Origin: an uncultured Rivularia sp. | GTDB taxonomy: Bacteria; Cyanobacteriota; Cyanobacteriia; Cyanobacteriales; Nostocaceae | Assembly (NCBI GenBank): GCA_963665115.1 | Contig: OY762007.1 | Span: 3,264,001 to 3,328,000 of the forward strand | Length of the DNA stretch: 64,000 nt | Direction: 5' to 3' | Shown here: positions 10,476-19,932 of the stretch, one piece after another | Layout of the letters: each line of letters starts with the position of its first letter | How positions within the stretch are numbered: the stretch's first letter is position 1 | Translations under genes and position numbers: made by a program | The notes under the pieces: model-generated | Seen by the model: only the letters and a program-made list of their open reading frames with translations | Databases searched by the model: none | Told to the model about the DNA's origin: nothing

Positions 10476-12350
10476 TTAAAAACTAACCCTCCCTTCCAAC
10501 TTCACCCGCATTTTCCCCCCAACACCTTTCACCCTCTCCAAATCTTCCAAAGAATCAAAACGCTTTTCCCGACGTGCTTTAATAATCCGCTCAGCTAACT
10601 TCTTCCCCACCCCAGGAAGCGTTACCAATTCTTCCACCGTAGCTGTATTTACATTAATAATTACCTTTTCTGCAAATGTAGAAGGCGCTTTAATTTCCCC
10701 ACATTCACTTTCTTCCTGCTTAACCTTCTTCTCAATCCTTCGAGGAATCCCAAATTCCGCATTAACATAAAGTCTTTCAAATTCCCTCGCATAATGAGCG
10801 GCAATTTTGGGGTTTTCAATCACCAAAACAGTTTCATCATTTCCCGTATTTGCTGCTTCCGTCCAATTATGGGAACCTGTAATTACAGTTTTTGTATCGA
10901 TGACAGCATATTTATGATGCAATAGATCGCCACTCGTTAATAAAGGTACCCCAACAGAATTAATTGGATTCCGCCAAGGTTGGTTATTCAGTTCGTATTT
11001 ACATTTATTGCTCAAAGCTACACCCGTCAGATCCAAACCTTCACTATAGAAACGGTAAGCAAAATCTGGCTCCAATAAAGTCCGAATTTTCACCTTTACT
11101 TCGTGACGTGTTTCTAAAATATTGCTCAAACGTTGGGCTGAAAATACAAATAATGCAGAATCAATAGAATTTTCTGCTGAATTTAATGTTTTACCAATTA
11201 ACCCATTACTGCTGTCAATCCAAAGTTTTGTAGGAGAAGTGGGGGAGAAATTAACCGTTACCTTGTTATTTCCAAAAGAAACTTCCTGAAAATCACGAGT
11301 AGGTTTTTGTAAACCAAACTTACTATCAAATTTACCTCCGACTCCATCACCCCACATGAGATTAAATTCTTTTGTAAAAATATCGGCTAATTCAACACTA
11401 TCGATTTTAATTAAATTATTAACATTACCTAAACTGTCATAATTGCTGTAATCGCCATGAATACCGGATAATGTGAAATTTGCCGAAGTTACAATTACAA
11501 AGCGATTATCTATAATAATAAATTTATGATGCATCAAACCGCTACCTTTTGAACCATCGGCGGTATCATCAATTAAAGGTATTTTAGAATTCTGTAATAT
11601 TTTTAAAGCATCTCTTTCGTTGATTTCTTCTTCGGAAAGTGTACCGTCTTCATTAGTATCGGCAAAATTTGTAAATTCCTGATATCGCTTGATTTCTCTG
11701 GCTTTTAACTTGCTTAATTCTTGCGGCGTATAATCGCTCCAAGCACGACTATAGTTATTTTCCAAAATTACTCTTACTTTGACTCCCGCTTGATGTTTCT
11801 TCGCTAATGCTTGTGCGACTAAAGGTAAACGTAATTCTTGTACAGCAACATCTATCGTAAATTCAGCTTGAGAAACTGCATCAATAATTATTTTTTCTAA
11901 ATTATCTCCCTTACGGATTTTCTCACGGTAAGGTTCTTGATATTCAGAACTTTGAGAATGATTAAAATAAACCTGTATTGATGAATCTTGTGGAAGTGGT
12001 TTTAATAATTTTTTATTAGATGTGGCTTGCTGACAAGCAGTTAGGGGTAATATCAGTAGAAATAAATAATATAGATATCCGTAGATAAATAAATTAGTAG
12101 TGCGAGCATCTTGCTCGCTAGTAGTATTAAATTCTTGCTCGCTAGTAGTATTAAATTCTTGCTCGCTAATGGTATTAAATTCTTGCTCGCTAGTAGTATT
12201 AAATTCTTGCTCGCTAGTAGTATTAAATTTTTGCTCGCTAATGGTATTACAATCTTTATTGCTAAGTGTATTAAGTTCTTTATTACTAGACAAGGTATTA
12301 AAAATATTTTTCACAGGTTGAGATAGTTTCGAGAAAAATTTCACGGTCAT
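10476..12350 (-). CDS. phospholipase D-like nuclease with C-terminal ComEA-type HhH domain (cyanobacterial ComA-like competence protein), probable lipoprotein
   Basis: two HKD motifs (MHHKFIIID, LHHKYAVID), INVNTA..EL..LPGVG..LA..II HhH, LPLTAC lipobox. Confidence 0.88.
   Translation of the reverse strand: MTVKFFSKLSQPVKNIFNTLSSNKELNTLSNKDCNTISEQKFNTTSEQEFNTTSEQEFNTISEQEFNTTSEQEFNTTSEQDARTTNLFIYGYLYYLFLLILPLTACQQATSNKKLLKPLPQDSSIQVYFNHSQSSEYQEPYREKIRKGDNLEKIIIDAVSQAEFTIDVAVQELRLPLVAQALAKKHQAGVKVRVILENNYSRAWSDYTPQELSKLKAREIKRYQEFTNFADTNEDGTLSEEEINERDALKILQNSKIPLIDDTADGSKGSGLMHHKFIIIDNRFVIVTSANFTLSGIHGDYSNYDSLGNVNNLIKIDSVELADIFTKEFNLMWGDGVGGKFDSKFGLQKPTRDFQEVSFGNNKVTVNFSPTSPTKLWIDSSNGLIGKTLNSAENSIDSALFVFSAQRLSNILETRHEVKVKIRTLLEPDFAYRFYSEGLDLTGVALSNKCKYELNNQPWRNPINSVGVPLLTSGDLLHHKYAVIDTKTVITGSHNWTEAANTGNDETVLVIENPKIAAHYAREFERLYVNAEFGIPRRIEKKVKQEESECGEIKAPSTFAEKVIINVNTATVEELVTLPGVGKKLAERIIKARREKRFDSLEDLERVKGVGGKMRVKLEGRVSF
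12111..12305. repeat. 24-bp tandem repeat (TTGCTCGCTAGTAGTATTAAATTC; 6 good + 2 degenerate units) in the 5' coding region of the comA-like gene
   Basis: units at 12111, 12135, 12159, 12183, 12207, 12231, degenerate 12255, 12279; encodes (EFNTTSEQ)n. Confidence 0.92.
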
Positions 12351-12461
12351 CTGCTCGGAGATACTAAACGAACAAATTTATTTTTCCCATTTTTCCCAAA
12401 AATTTATAAAAATAATTGGTGTTGCGTTCATAGAAATATGAAAATGTGATTTCACATTGAA

Positions 12462-12486
12462 AGAGACGTAGCATTGCTACGTCTCT
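12462..12486. repeat. REP-like palindrome AGAGACGTAGCA-T-TGCTACGTCTCT
   Basis: perfect 12-bp arms; related copy at 25233-25262. Confidence 0.8.
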
Positions 12487-12566
12487 ACATAAGTTTCATG
12501 TCTACTACAAAGGGTAGGTAAATATATATAACAGTTTTTTTATCTACTCCCTACTCCCTTACAAAA

Positions 12567-15221
12567 TTAATCTATTTTCACCCGAAACCGAATAAAACCA
12601 AAATTATTACCAAGAGTATGGTTGATAGTACCGAGATTACCAATCACTGCTCCCGTGGGATTATCTTGATTGGGACAGAAATTATTAGCGGGAAGCTGAG
12701 TTCCTGGAGCAAAAAAGCTACCGTTATCTGCATCATCGTTATTAGTATTAGCAGTCACTGTATTTGATAAATTCACAGAAATACCGCTACCAGAACCGAA
12801 ACTATCAGCTACAAAACTGGTTCCATTCGGAATTGGATCGCAAAATCTAACGTCTTCTACTGAACGATTCCCATCCGCAAGGAAATACATCGTATATTCA
12901 ACTTCGTCACCTCTTTCTAAGGGTAATTGTGGACTTATATCGAATACTCCTACTGGTGAGATTTGAAACCAACCGGATAAATTATCGATCGGGTCGTTGG
13001 GGTCATCAATGAAAGAATCGAAATTAATCCCACTAATAGGAACGCCATTTCTAAATACGTTAGTAATTCTTTTGAGTCCACGTAAACGTTCGGGGTCAGC
13101 AGGTGTATCGCTTCCCACCTGTACATCTTCATCAGGGTTCGCGGGGTCGTAACTTACACTTTTGGTGGTATTAGTAGCATCAGTATAAGTCGCAGTTGCG
13201 GGGTTATTGTAAACACCATTAGGTGCGTTTTCGTCAATATCAGTAGTAAATGTAATTGCAACGCTACCACCACCAGGAATACTGAAAGCACCAAAATCTG
13301 CAACTTCTGCACCATCGGTTGGATTGCTCGTACTAATACGAGTAGAGCCTCCGTTTAGAGTAATGGTGGGATTAGTGGAAGCATCGAAAGTAAAACCGCT
13401 GGGCAAGGGGTCGGATATATTTACATTAGTAGCTACGGACAAATTTGCAGCATTGGCAACTGTAATCGTATATGTAGCTTTCCCAGGTTTGATAATTGGG
13501 CCTGGGGTAGAAGTAGTTTTGTTAATAGTTAATTCTGGTAGCAGACATTCTGCACCCGAACTAACGCCGTTAGGATTAACAATATTAGAACTAGTACCGT
13601 TACTACCAGCAGTTGCACCAAAGTTTTGACTGGGATCTATAGGTTCGCCAGTAGCACCTGATAAGCCGCCATTTGCATTGACAACTGCACCAGGACTAGT
13701 AACAATAACCCCACCACCACCACCACCACCAGGACCGTGAGGTTCTCTGGCTAATGCGTCACCACCTTTACCACCGTTAGCAGTTACTGTAAGACCCGTA
13801 AGGTTATTATTGAGAGCGGATACTACTACACTACCACCGGCTCCTCCTCCTCCTCCTCCATCAGTTCGGGCTTCTGAAGCACTGGCACCGTTAGCATTTA
13901 TAACACCACTACCACTGACGCTAGCAGTGCGAATAAATGTTATACCACCACCCGCAGCACCACTACTTGATAGACCATCAGGAAGAACGCTGTTTGAATC
14001 GTTAGTCGTTCCCGCTCCTCCTCCTCCTCCTAATACTATACGATTACTTGTAGAGGGAAAAACGGCACCACCAAAACCACCTGTATAATACTCAGACCTG
14101 TAAGTTCTACCCCCCAAACCACCAGCACCGCCATTTCCACCACCTCCACCACCAGCGTTTTCACCGTTGAAAAATACGTCTCGGGGTCTAGGTTCAAATC
14201 TAGAGGGTGTGCCGTCAGTAGCTCCACCACCAGCGTTTCCAGGCGCTCCACGACCGTATGAACCGTTAGGATAACCTTCAATCCCTGTATCTGGTTCTAG
14301 ACTAGTAGTTGTAGAATTAAACAGGTATCTTGGCGTACCAGCAGTTCCTTCACCTTTAGAACCGTTTGCAGCCCTATCTGATGAAGTTCTGTAATCAGTT
14401 GGTTCTTCTGGTGCTACAAAGGGGGGCACAGGAGACAAAGGTATTCCATTAAGTCTTCGTCCACCACCACCACGAAAACCTTTACCACTAACATCTACAG
14501 TCGCGTTATTCAAGTTTAAGTTATCGGCAACATCATAAGCTAAAATACCCCCGGTCGTACCATTCCAACGACTTGCTGTTAATCCGGAAGTAATAGTAGC
14601 GCTGGTATGTTGTGGTACGCGAATCACCTGATAAGTTCTTTGTCCTTGGGTACCAAAAGGAGCATTGCTGTAGGAATTAATCAGTCCTCCTCCATTTGTT
14701 CCTTCAATTGTTACCGAACCGCTACTAGCATCTCCCCTGGCGACAACGTATTCGTAATTACCAGCAGTAAAGTTAGTGTTGAGATTACCGCTAGCAGCGT
14801 TGGCAGATGGGGCAATAGTTTGGATCTCAGTTAGACTGCTGTCAGCAACATCATTGCCATTACCATCCCCATAAGCATCAGTATTACTTGAATCAATCTC
14901 GGCTCCCTGCATTTGAATAACCAGCAACAAGTCGCCATCTTGAATTTGTGTTGATGCACCCGTGGAAGTTCCCACCGGAATAGAAGTTGCACCAGCATTT
15001 ACATCAGCCGTACCGGGGTAATAAGTATTAATAATCCCAGTAAGATTGTTCCCCGCTCCATCTTTGCCAGGTACTGCACATAATCTTGGTGATGTGGTTT
15101 GTGCTGCAACTTGGGAAAAGTTCGCTTCACTTAATAACAGCACTTGATAGCTACAGGTTGTGAATAATAAAGCAAAGCTACGAATTAATTTAGATTTAAA
15201 TGATTTAATCGATGATTTCAT
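12567..15221 (-). CDS. secreted glycine-rich DUF11 domain surface protein (putative adhesin)
   Basis: signal-like N-terminus, GDLLLVIQMQGA domain, multiple poly-Gly runs, DUF11 (LTINKTT..ATYTITVAN..ISDPLPSGFTF), C-terminal KRIT..GDEVEYT..CDPIP..GFIRFRVKID module. Confidence 0.82.
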   Translation of the reverse strand: MKSSIKSFKSKLIRSFALLFTTCSYQVLLLSEANFSQVAAQTTSPRLCAVPGKDGAGNNLTGIINTYYPGTADVNAGATSIPVGTSTGASTQIQDGDLLLVIQMQGAEIDSSNTDAYGDGNGNDVADSSLTEIQTIAPSANAASGNLNTNFTAGNYEYVVARGDASSGSVTIEGTNGGGLINSYSNAPFGTQGQRTYQVIRVPQHTSATITSGLTASRWNGTTGGILAYDVADNLNLNNATVDVSGKGFRGGGGRRLNGIPLSPVPPFVAPEEPTDYRTSSDRAANGSKGEGTAGTPRYLFNSTTTSLEPDTGIEGYPNGSYGRGAPGNAGGGATDGTPSRFEPRPRDVFFNGENAGGGGGGNGGAGGLGGRTYRSEYYTGGFGGAVFPSTSNRIVLGGGGGAGTTNDSNSVLPDGLSSSGAAGGGITFIRTASVSGSGVINANGASASEARTDGGGGGGAGGSVVVSALNNNLTGLTVTANGGKGGDALAREPHGPGGGGGGGVIVTSPGAVVNANGGLSGATGEPIDPSQNFGATAGSNGTSSNIVNPNGVSSGAECLLPELTINKTTSTPGPIIKPGKATYTITVANAANLSVATNVNISDPLPSGFTFDASTNPTITLNGGSTRISTSNPTDGAEVADFGAFSIPGGGSVAITFTTDIDENAPNGVYNNPATATYTDATNTTKSVSYDPANPDEDVQVGSDTPADPERLRGLKRITNVFRNGVPISGINFDSFIDDPNDPIDNLSGWFQISPVGVFDISPQLPLERGDEVEYTMYFLADGNRSVEDVRFCDPIPNGTSFVADSFGSGSGISVNLSNTVTANTNNDDADNGSFFAPGTQLPANNFCPNQDNPTGAVIGNLGTINHTLGNNFGFIRFRVKID

Positions 15222-15349
15222 AATTGCTAAGAGGGGGAGAGGGGGGAGAGGGGGAAGAGAGGGGAGAGGGGGAGATGGGGAGACAACGGGAAATAATAAC
15301 TATTAATTCTTAACTCCTAACTCCTAACTCCTCACCTTTGACCTTTAAC

Positions 15350-18300
15350 CTATAACCTTTGACCTTTGACTGATTCTTGCTGCTGCGGTGGTGCTACTTT
15401 TTGTCTGCCGAATCCACCAAATAGTTCGTTGATTTTGAAGCTGATATTAAGATAGGGGCCACCTGCGGAACGATAACCTGTAAAATCGCGGTCATCTGCA
15501 CTACCAAAGGCATAACCGACACCAACCCGGAAATCTGGTGTGAGGTAATATCCAGCTTCTACGGCTACACCAAATTCGTTGTAATCTTCCGTAAGTTGAC
15601 CAATCCAACGTCCTTCTACTGCTAAATCTGTGCGATAGCCTAATTGATAATTAGCTCTTAGTTGCGCTAAGTTGATGCTGCTTTTACTAGTAAAATTATT
15701 AGCTAAATAACTATTGCTGTTACGGAAAGCGTATTTACCGTAAAATTCCCATCGCCAACTTGGTGCGTAAATCGCTTCTGCTGAAAGAAGATGATCGATC
15801 GCACCATTTCCGCTTCCGAATAATAAGGTATCGGGTGTTGTTGAAGGATTTTGGCGATATTCGTATTTAAGCAAGGCGTTTAATTTATCGCTTTTAATAT
15901 CGCGATACGCTAAACCGACTCTAAGATTGGCTGTATCTGCTAATCCCTCTAATAGCTGATTTGCTCCACCGGCTTGTTTGTACCTTACTGCTGCGGTTAA
16001 TGCTGGCGAAATTTTACCCGCAACACCTGCGGTAATTACTGTGTTGTTTCCTTGGTTTCCATCACGATATTCAAAACGAGCGTTGGCGTTGAAGTTGGGA
16101 TTATCTGTATATGCCATGCCGATACTATAAGTACTTCCCTCGAATAAACCTAGAGAAGAAGCACTTTGTCCGGTGGCATAGGGTTGAGCAAATTTAATAC
16201 CTGTTGCAGTGCTGCTAAAAATATCCTTAAATACTCGTTCGTAACCCAAATCTAGTTTTAATCCGGGTGCTAAACGAATGCCCTGATTTAACCCTATGGA
16301 ACCTCGATCGTTCATACCGTCGATACCCGAAAGTACCGAGTAGCGTCCGCTGATACTGGTGTCTTCTGAAAACTTATGTTCAACCAGAGTATCCAAACTG
16401 GTGATGTTATTACCTCTTAATAAACCACCATCAAAGAATTGATGGGCTAACCGCATTGTTACGCCAGGATACAGCGCCCAATCTAAGCCAAGGGTTGTCC
16501 GGTTGGGATAAAGAGCATCGCTATCTTCAAGATTTAATTCGTTTTGAGCGCGGAAATTTAAAGACTCAGTTAATGGAACATTAAGACTGGATACTAATTG
16601 ACTGGCAGTTCCCTCAAATTGATTGCTAACTCTATCTTCACGAGAACGATTGACGTATTCAAGGCTTAAATCCGATTCTCCGATTTTTTGCTGAATACCC
16701 GCTCTTACCGTACTCAAAGAGTTATCAACTTGACTTCCGGGTGTAGGTAGAGGTTGGGGATTAAATAAATCGAATAATTCGGTTCTTTGGGCTGGAGCTA
16801 TACCGAAATTTTCTTCATGGTCGTAACCAGCTTTTAAGCTAGTTGTACTGCCAATCTTAGCGGCAACATCTGCACCATATCGAGTTTGTCCTGGCGCAAA
16901 ACTCCAGGTGGCATTATTCGCAAAGTTTTCAGTTACCGAACGGTAATAAGCTTTTGATTTAAAGCCACTACCAATGTTTCCATTCGCTTCTATACGGTAA
17001 GCAGAACCACTGACATCGCCAAAATTGAGAGTATTATGTTGCGATCGCGCATATTCACCCAGGATAAATCCCGATCCAAGAGGGGCATAGAAATCAACTC
17101 CGTAAAGTTCAAAGTCTTGCGCTCCCTGCTCTTCTTTTAAATAGCTACCTCCCAAAAATGCGGTTTTATCTGGGTTTGAATTACCATTTCTTAAATTTAA
17201 TTGCAGTCTACCTCCATAAAGCTGACTATCTTCACCAGCTTCGTTTTGATAAGTAACTACAATGCGATTTACTAAAGTTGCTTCAAAAGCATTTAATTCG
17301 GTAGCGAGAATCGGATTACGGAATAAAATTGTTCCTCTGTCATAATCAATTTCATAATCAGCACCCCGATACAAAGCTTTGCGTTTAACCACCGTACCCG
17401 GACGATTTATTTCTTCTGATTCGATAAAAATGCTTTCGCTACCGGGAATTACAAGCCTACGAGAAACGAAATAATAACCGCTTGTTCCATCGGGAGTAAT
17501 AGTATCTCGTTGAAAACCTTGGATATTGTTGGCAAATAATCCCGTTACCTGCAAATTACCTAAATTAAAATTCCCTTTAAAACCGTGCAGTTGTCTGGTG
17601 GTAGCACTGTAAAGCTGGGATTGTCTGGAAAATTCTTGGGTATTGTAATCACCCCACATGAAATAATCGGCTTCCGCTCCTTTAATATTAGGAGTACGTT
17701 CGATGCGAGCATAAACGCTATCTGTAGAAGGAGCAGTACTAGTTACCGTTGAATCATCACCGTAAACGGGATATTGTTTTTCACAAGATTGAATGCCACC
17801 GAAAAGACGATTGTCACCATTACAATCTTGATTCAAAGGGCGATCGCTGTTGTAAGCTCCGGTAAATAACCATTCTCCAACTTTACCTGTAGCAAATACC
17901 GCCGCATCCAAATCTACAACTGTATCTTTATCAATTTCTTCAGGGTTAACAAAATCGCGGAAACTACCCCAATAGTCAGTACCACCAGCCCCAATTCTTA
18001 AATTTACAACCCCCGTTGCCAAAGAAGGGCGCAAATTAGTCACAAATTCAACGTAGCTAACTGCTCCTAAATCCAGATGGGGAGAAGTCTTTTTACCATA
18101 GATAGTGGCGCTAACTTTAACACTTTGAGCTTGATTCCCTGCTTGTAAAGTAGCCGTAAATTGCCCACCGCGAGCCAAAACTTGAAACCCTGGTGCATCT
18201 GGCTTGTAGTCTGCACCGATGAATTTACCGGCATTAGTAGCTAAAGTAACGATGACATCTTGCTTAATTAACTCGCCATTTTCGTCGGTAATATTACCTT

Positions 18301-19003
18301 TAAAATCAATATTAGAACGTCCATCAGCCGGAATTCTTGGTTCTCCAACGGGATTAATAGAAATCCTGGTTTTTTGTTCTTGAGAAATTACTTTAAGGCT
18401 AACAGGATTACCACCTTGAGCCTGAGCAGTAATTGTATTTTCGCCCTTGGATAAAGGAACGTTATACCAAATTGTAGTATGCAGCTTTTGTTCTTCGTCT
18501 TTATGAACGTAACGACTTAAATCATTGTCTATTTGTTTACCATTTATAGTTAGCTCAATTTTGGCGCTGGGATGATGCTGAATCGCTATATTAGTAGTAT
18601 CAGCAGTAGTTACACTAGCTTGAGGAGTAATAATACTAAGTTCGTTTACGAGTGATGAAGGAGCAGAAGGATTTTGTATCAGTTGTTGTTTTTGCTTATT
18701 TTCTTCAAAGTTAATATCTTTTGATTTACTGCCATTCTCGGAAATCGTATTAATTAAAACTTCCTGTTTATCTTCTCTTTCTACAGTAGGAGTTGCTAAT
18801 TCTTCCGTTTGACTAGTTGATGGCGAGAATAAAACTTCGTTATCGTTTTCTACATCTAAATTTGTTTTTGGTAAATCCGAATTATCTGCTGTATTTTTTT
18901 TAATAACTATACTTTGTGCCGATACGCTGACTGTAGGTAATACTATCACTGCGCTACAAGCAGTTAATATTAAATCTCGCTTGTTTAAACTTAAATTTTT
19001 CAT
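15350..19003 (-). CDS. large outer-membrane beta-barrel protein with N-terminal Ig-like domains (DUF11-operon associated)
   Basis: signal peptide from ATG 19003 (purine-rich RBS upstream), invasin/Big_1-like IPADGRS segment, long C-terminal region of alternating amphipathic strands ending ..PYLNISFKINELF. Confidence 0.75.
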   Translation of the reverse strand: MKNLSLNKRDLILTACSAVIVLPTVSVSAQSIVIKKNTADNSDLPKTNLDVENDNEVLFSPSTSQTEELATPTVEREDKQEVLINTISENGSKSKDINFEENKQKQQLIQNPSAPSSLVNELSIITPQASVTTADTTNIAIQHHPSAKIELTINGKQIDNDLSRYVHKDEEQKLHTTIWYNVPLSKGENTITAQAQGGNPVSLKVISQEQKTRISINPVGEPRIPADGRSNIDFKGNITDENGELIKQDVIVTLATNAGKFIGADYKPDAPGFQVLARGGQFTATLQAGNQAQSVKVSATIYGKKTSPHLDLGAVSYVEFVTNLRPSLATGVVNLRIGAGGTDYWGSFRDFVNPEEIDKDTVVDLDAAVFATGKVGEWLFTGAYNSDRPLNQDCNGDNRLFGGIQSCEKQYPVYGDDSTVTSTAPSTDSVYARIERTPNIKGAEADYFMWGDYNTQEFSRQSQLYSATTRQLHGFKGNFNLGNLQVTGLFANNIQGFQRDTITPDGTSGYYFVSRRLVIPGSESIFIESEEINRPGTVVKRKALYRGADYEIDYDRGTILFRNPILATELNAFEATLVNRIVVTYQNEAGEDSQLYGGRLQLNLRNGNSNPDKTAFLGGSYLKEEQGAQDFELYGVDFYAPLGSGFILGEYARSQHNTLNFGDVSGSAYRIEANGNIGSGFKSKAYYRSVTENFANNATWSFAPGQTRYGADVAAKIGSTTSLKAGYDHEENFGIAPAQRTELFDLFNPQPLPTPGSQVDNSLSTVRAGIQQKIGESDLSLEYVNRSREDRVSNQFEGTASQLVSSLNVPLTESLNFRAQNELNLEDSDALYPNRTTLGLDWALYPGVTMRLAHQFFDGGLLRGNNITSLDTLVEHKFSEDTSISGRYSVLSGIDGMNDRGSIGLNQGIRLAPGLKLDLGYERVFKDIFSSTATGIKFAQPYATGQSASSLGLFEGSTYSIGMAYTDNPNFNANARFEYRDGNQGNNTVITAGVAGKISPALTAAVRYKQAGGANQLLEGLADTANLRVGLAYRDIKSDKLNALLKYEYRQNPSTTPDTLLFGSGNGAIDHLLSAEAIYAPSWRWEFYGKYAFRNSNSYLANNFTSKSSINLAQLRANYQLGYRTDLAVEGRWIGQLTEDYNEFGVAVEAGYYLTPDFRVGVGYAFGSADDRDFTGYRSAGGPYLNISFKINELFGGFGRQKVAPPQQQESVKGQRL

Positions 19004-19007
19004 ATTA

Positions 19008-19932
19008 TTAACGCCTCTCTCCAAAAGCTGGAGTGACAGCAAAATTGATTCTCGCCATACTTCCAGGAGCTAAACGCACCAAGCGAGATTGACTATTATT
19101 CTTGATTTTGTAAAGATTCGGAGCTTGAATATAGCCCGGTAAACTTGTATAGTCCAAAGTTGCAGTACGATTCCCCGAAATCACATTAGCTACCGAATAC
19201 ATTCCATTGGCATCAGTGAGAATGCGGTTGCCATCATCCATAAAAATTACCGCGTTAGGAACACCAGGCTCTCCCGCTTGCTGTTCCCCATCAAAGTTTT
19301 TATCAACAAAAACACGTCCAATTAAAGTCGCACAATCGGAAACAATTCCGGGACGAATTCTTAATAAATGGCTTGCAGTATTGCTTATAAGAGTTTCATT
19401 AGTAGCTACAGCCAAGTTTCTGCCACTTCCGCGCATCCCATCTGGCGTTACCGTCACGGCATAAACCACACTTAAAGTTTCTGCTGGTGGAATGCTACCA
19501 GCATAATTAATTGCAACCGTCCGATTTTGGGGCTTTGTAGTTGATACCGCAACTTCAGTTGTCGTACTTCCATTAGTTAAAGAAACCCTGCACCGATTTT
19601 TCTGCTAATTTCAAACCCAAAGGAAGGGTATCGTTAAGAGTTAAATTACTAGCCGATACCGAACCAGTATTACGAATTGCAACCCGATAAATTACAGTAT
19701 CTCCAGGCTCTGCGGCGCTTTTATTGGCAGTTTTAGTTATCTGTAAAGCCGCATCTCCGGCTCTGAAAGTCGTACTGTTAGTGTTGAAAGAGCCAATATT
19801 GCTACCTCCAAACACAGCTGTATTGGTAATTTCATCAGCAGTGACAGGTATAGCTCCCAAAACGATCGCCCCAGGAAGCCATAACGATAGTAGAAGGTTA
19901 ATATACCTCCACCGATTTATTCTTAATCTCAT
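19008..19932 (-). CDS. DUF11 + SdrD-B-like domain protein; +1 frameshift at 19583-19585
   Basis: signal peptide, LQITKTANKSAAEPGDTVIYRVAIRNTG..NDTLPLG DUF11; GRVFVDKNFDGEQQAGEPGVPN..TDANGMYS; deleting one base joins 19573-19932 to 19008-19469. Confidence 0.82.

Noticed and set aside
12111..12305. 24-bp repeats as a CRISPR array
   Set aside because: Units are directly tandem with no unique spacers, lie in frame within a CDS, and no cas genes are present
13324..14834. Plus-strand ORFs inside the Gly-rich gene (and similar antisense ORFs over dxs, ndbB, topA, suf and the ATPase)
   Set aside because: Shadow ORFs opposite well-supported genes, with no motifs
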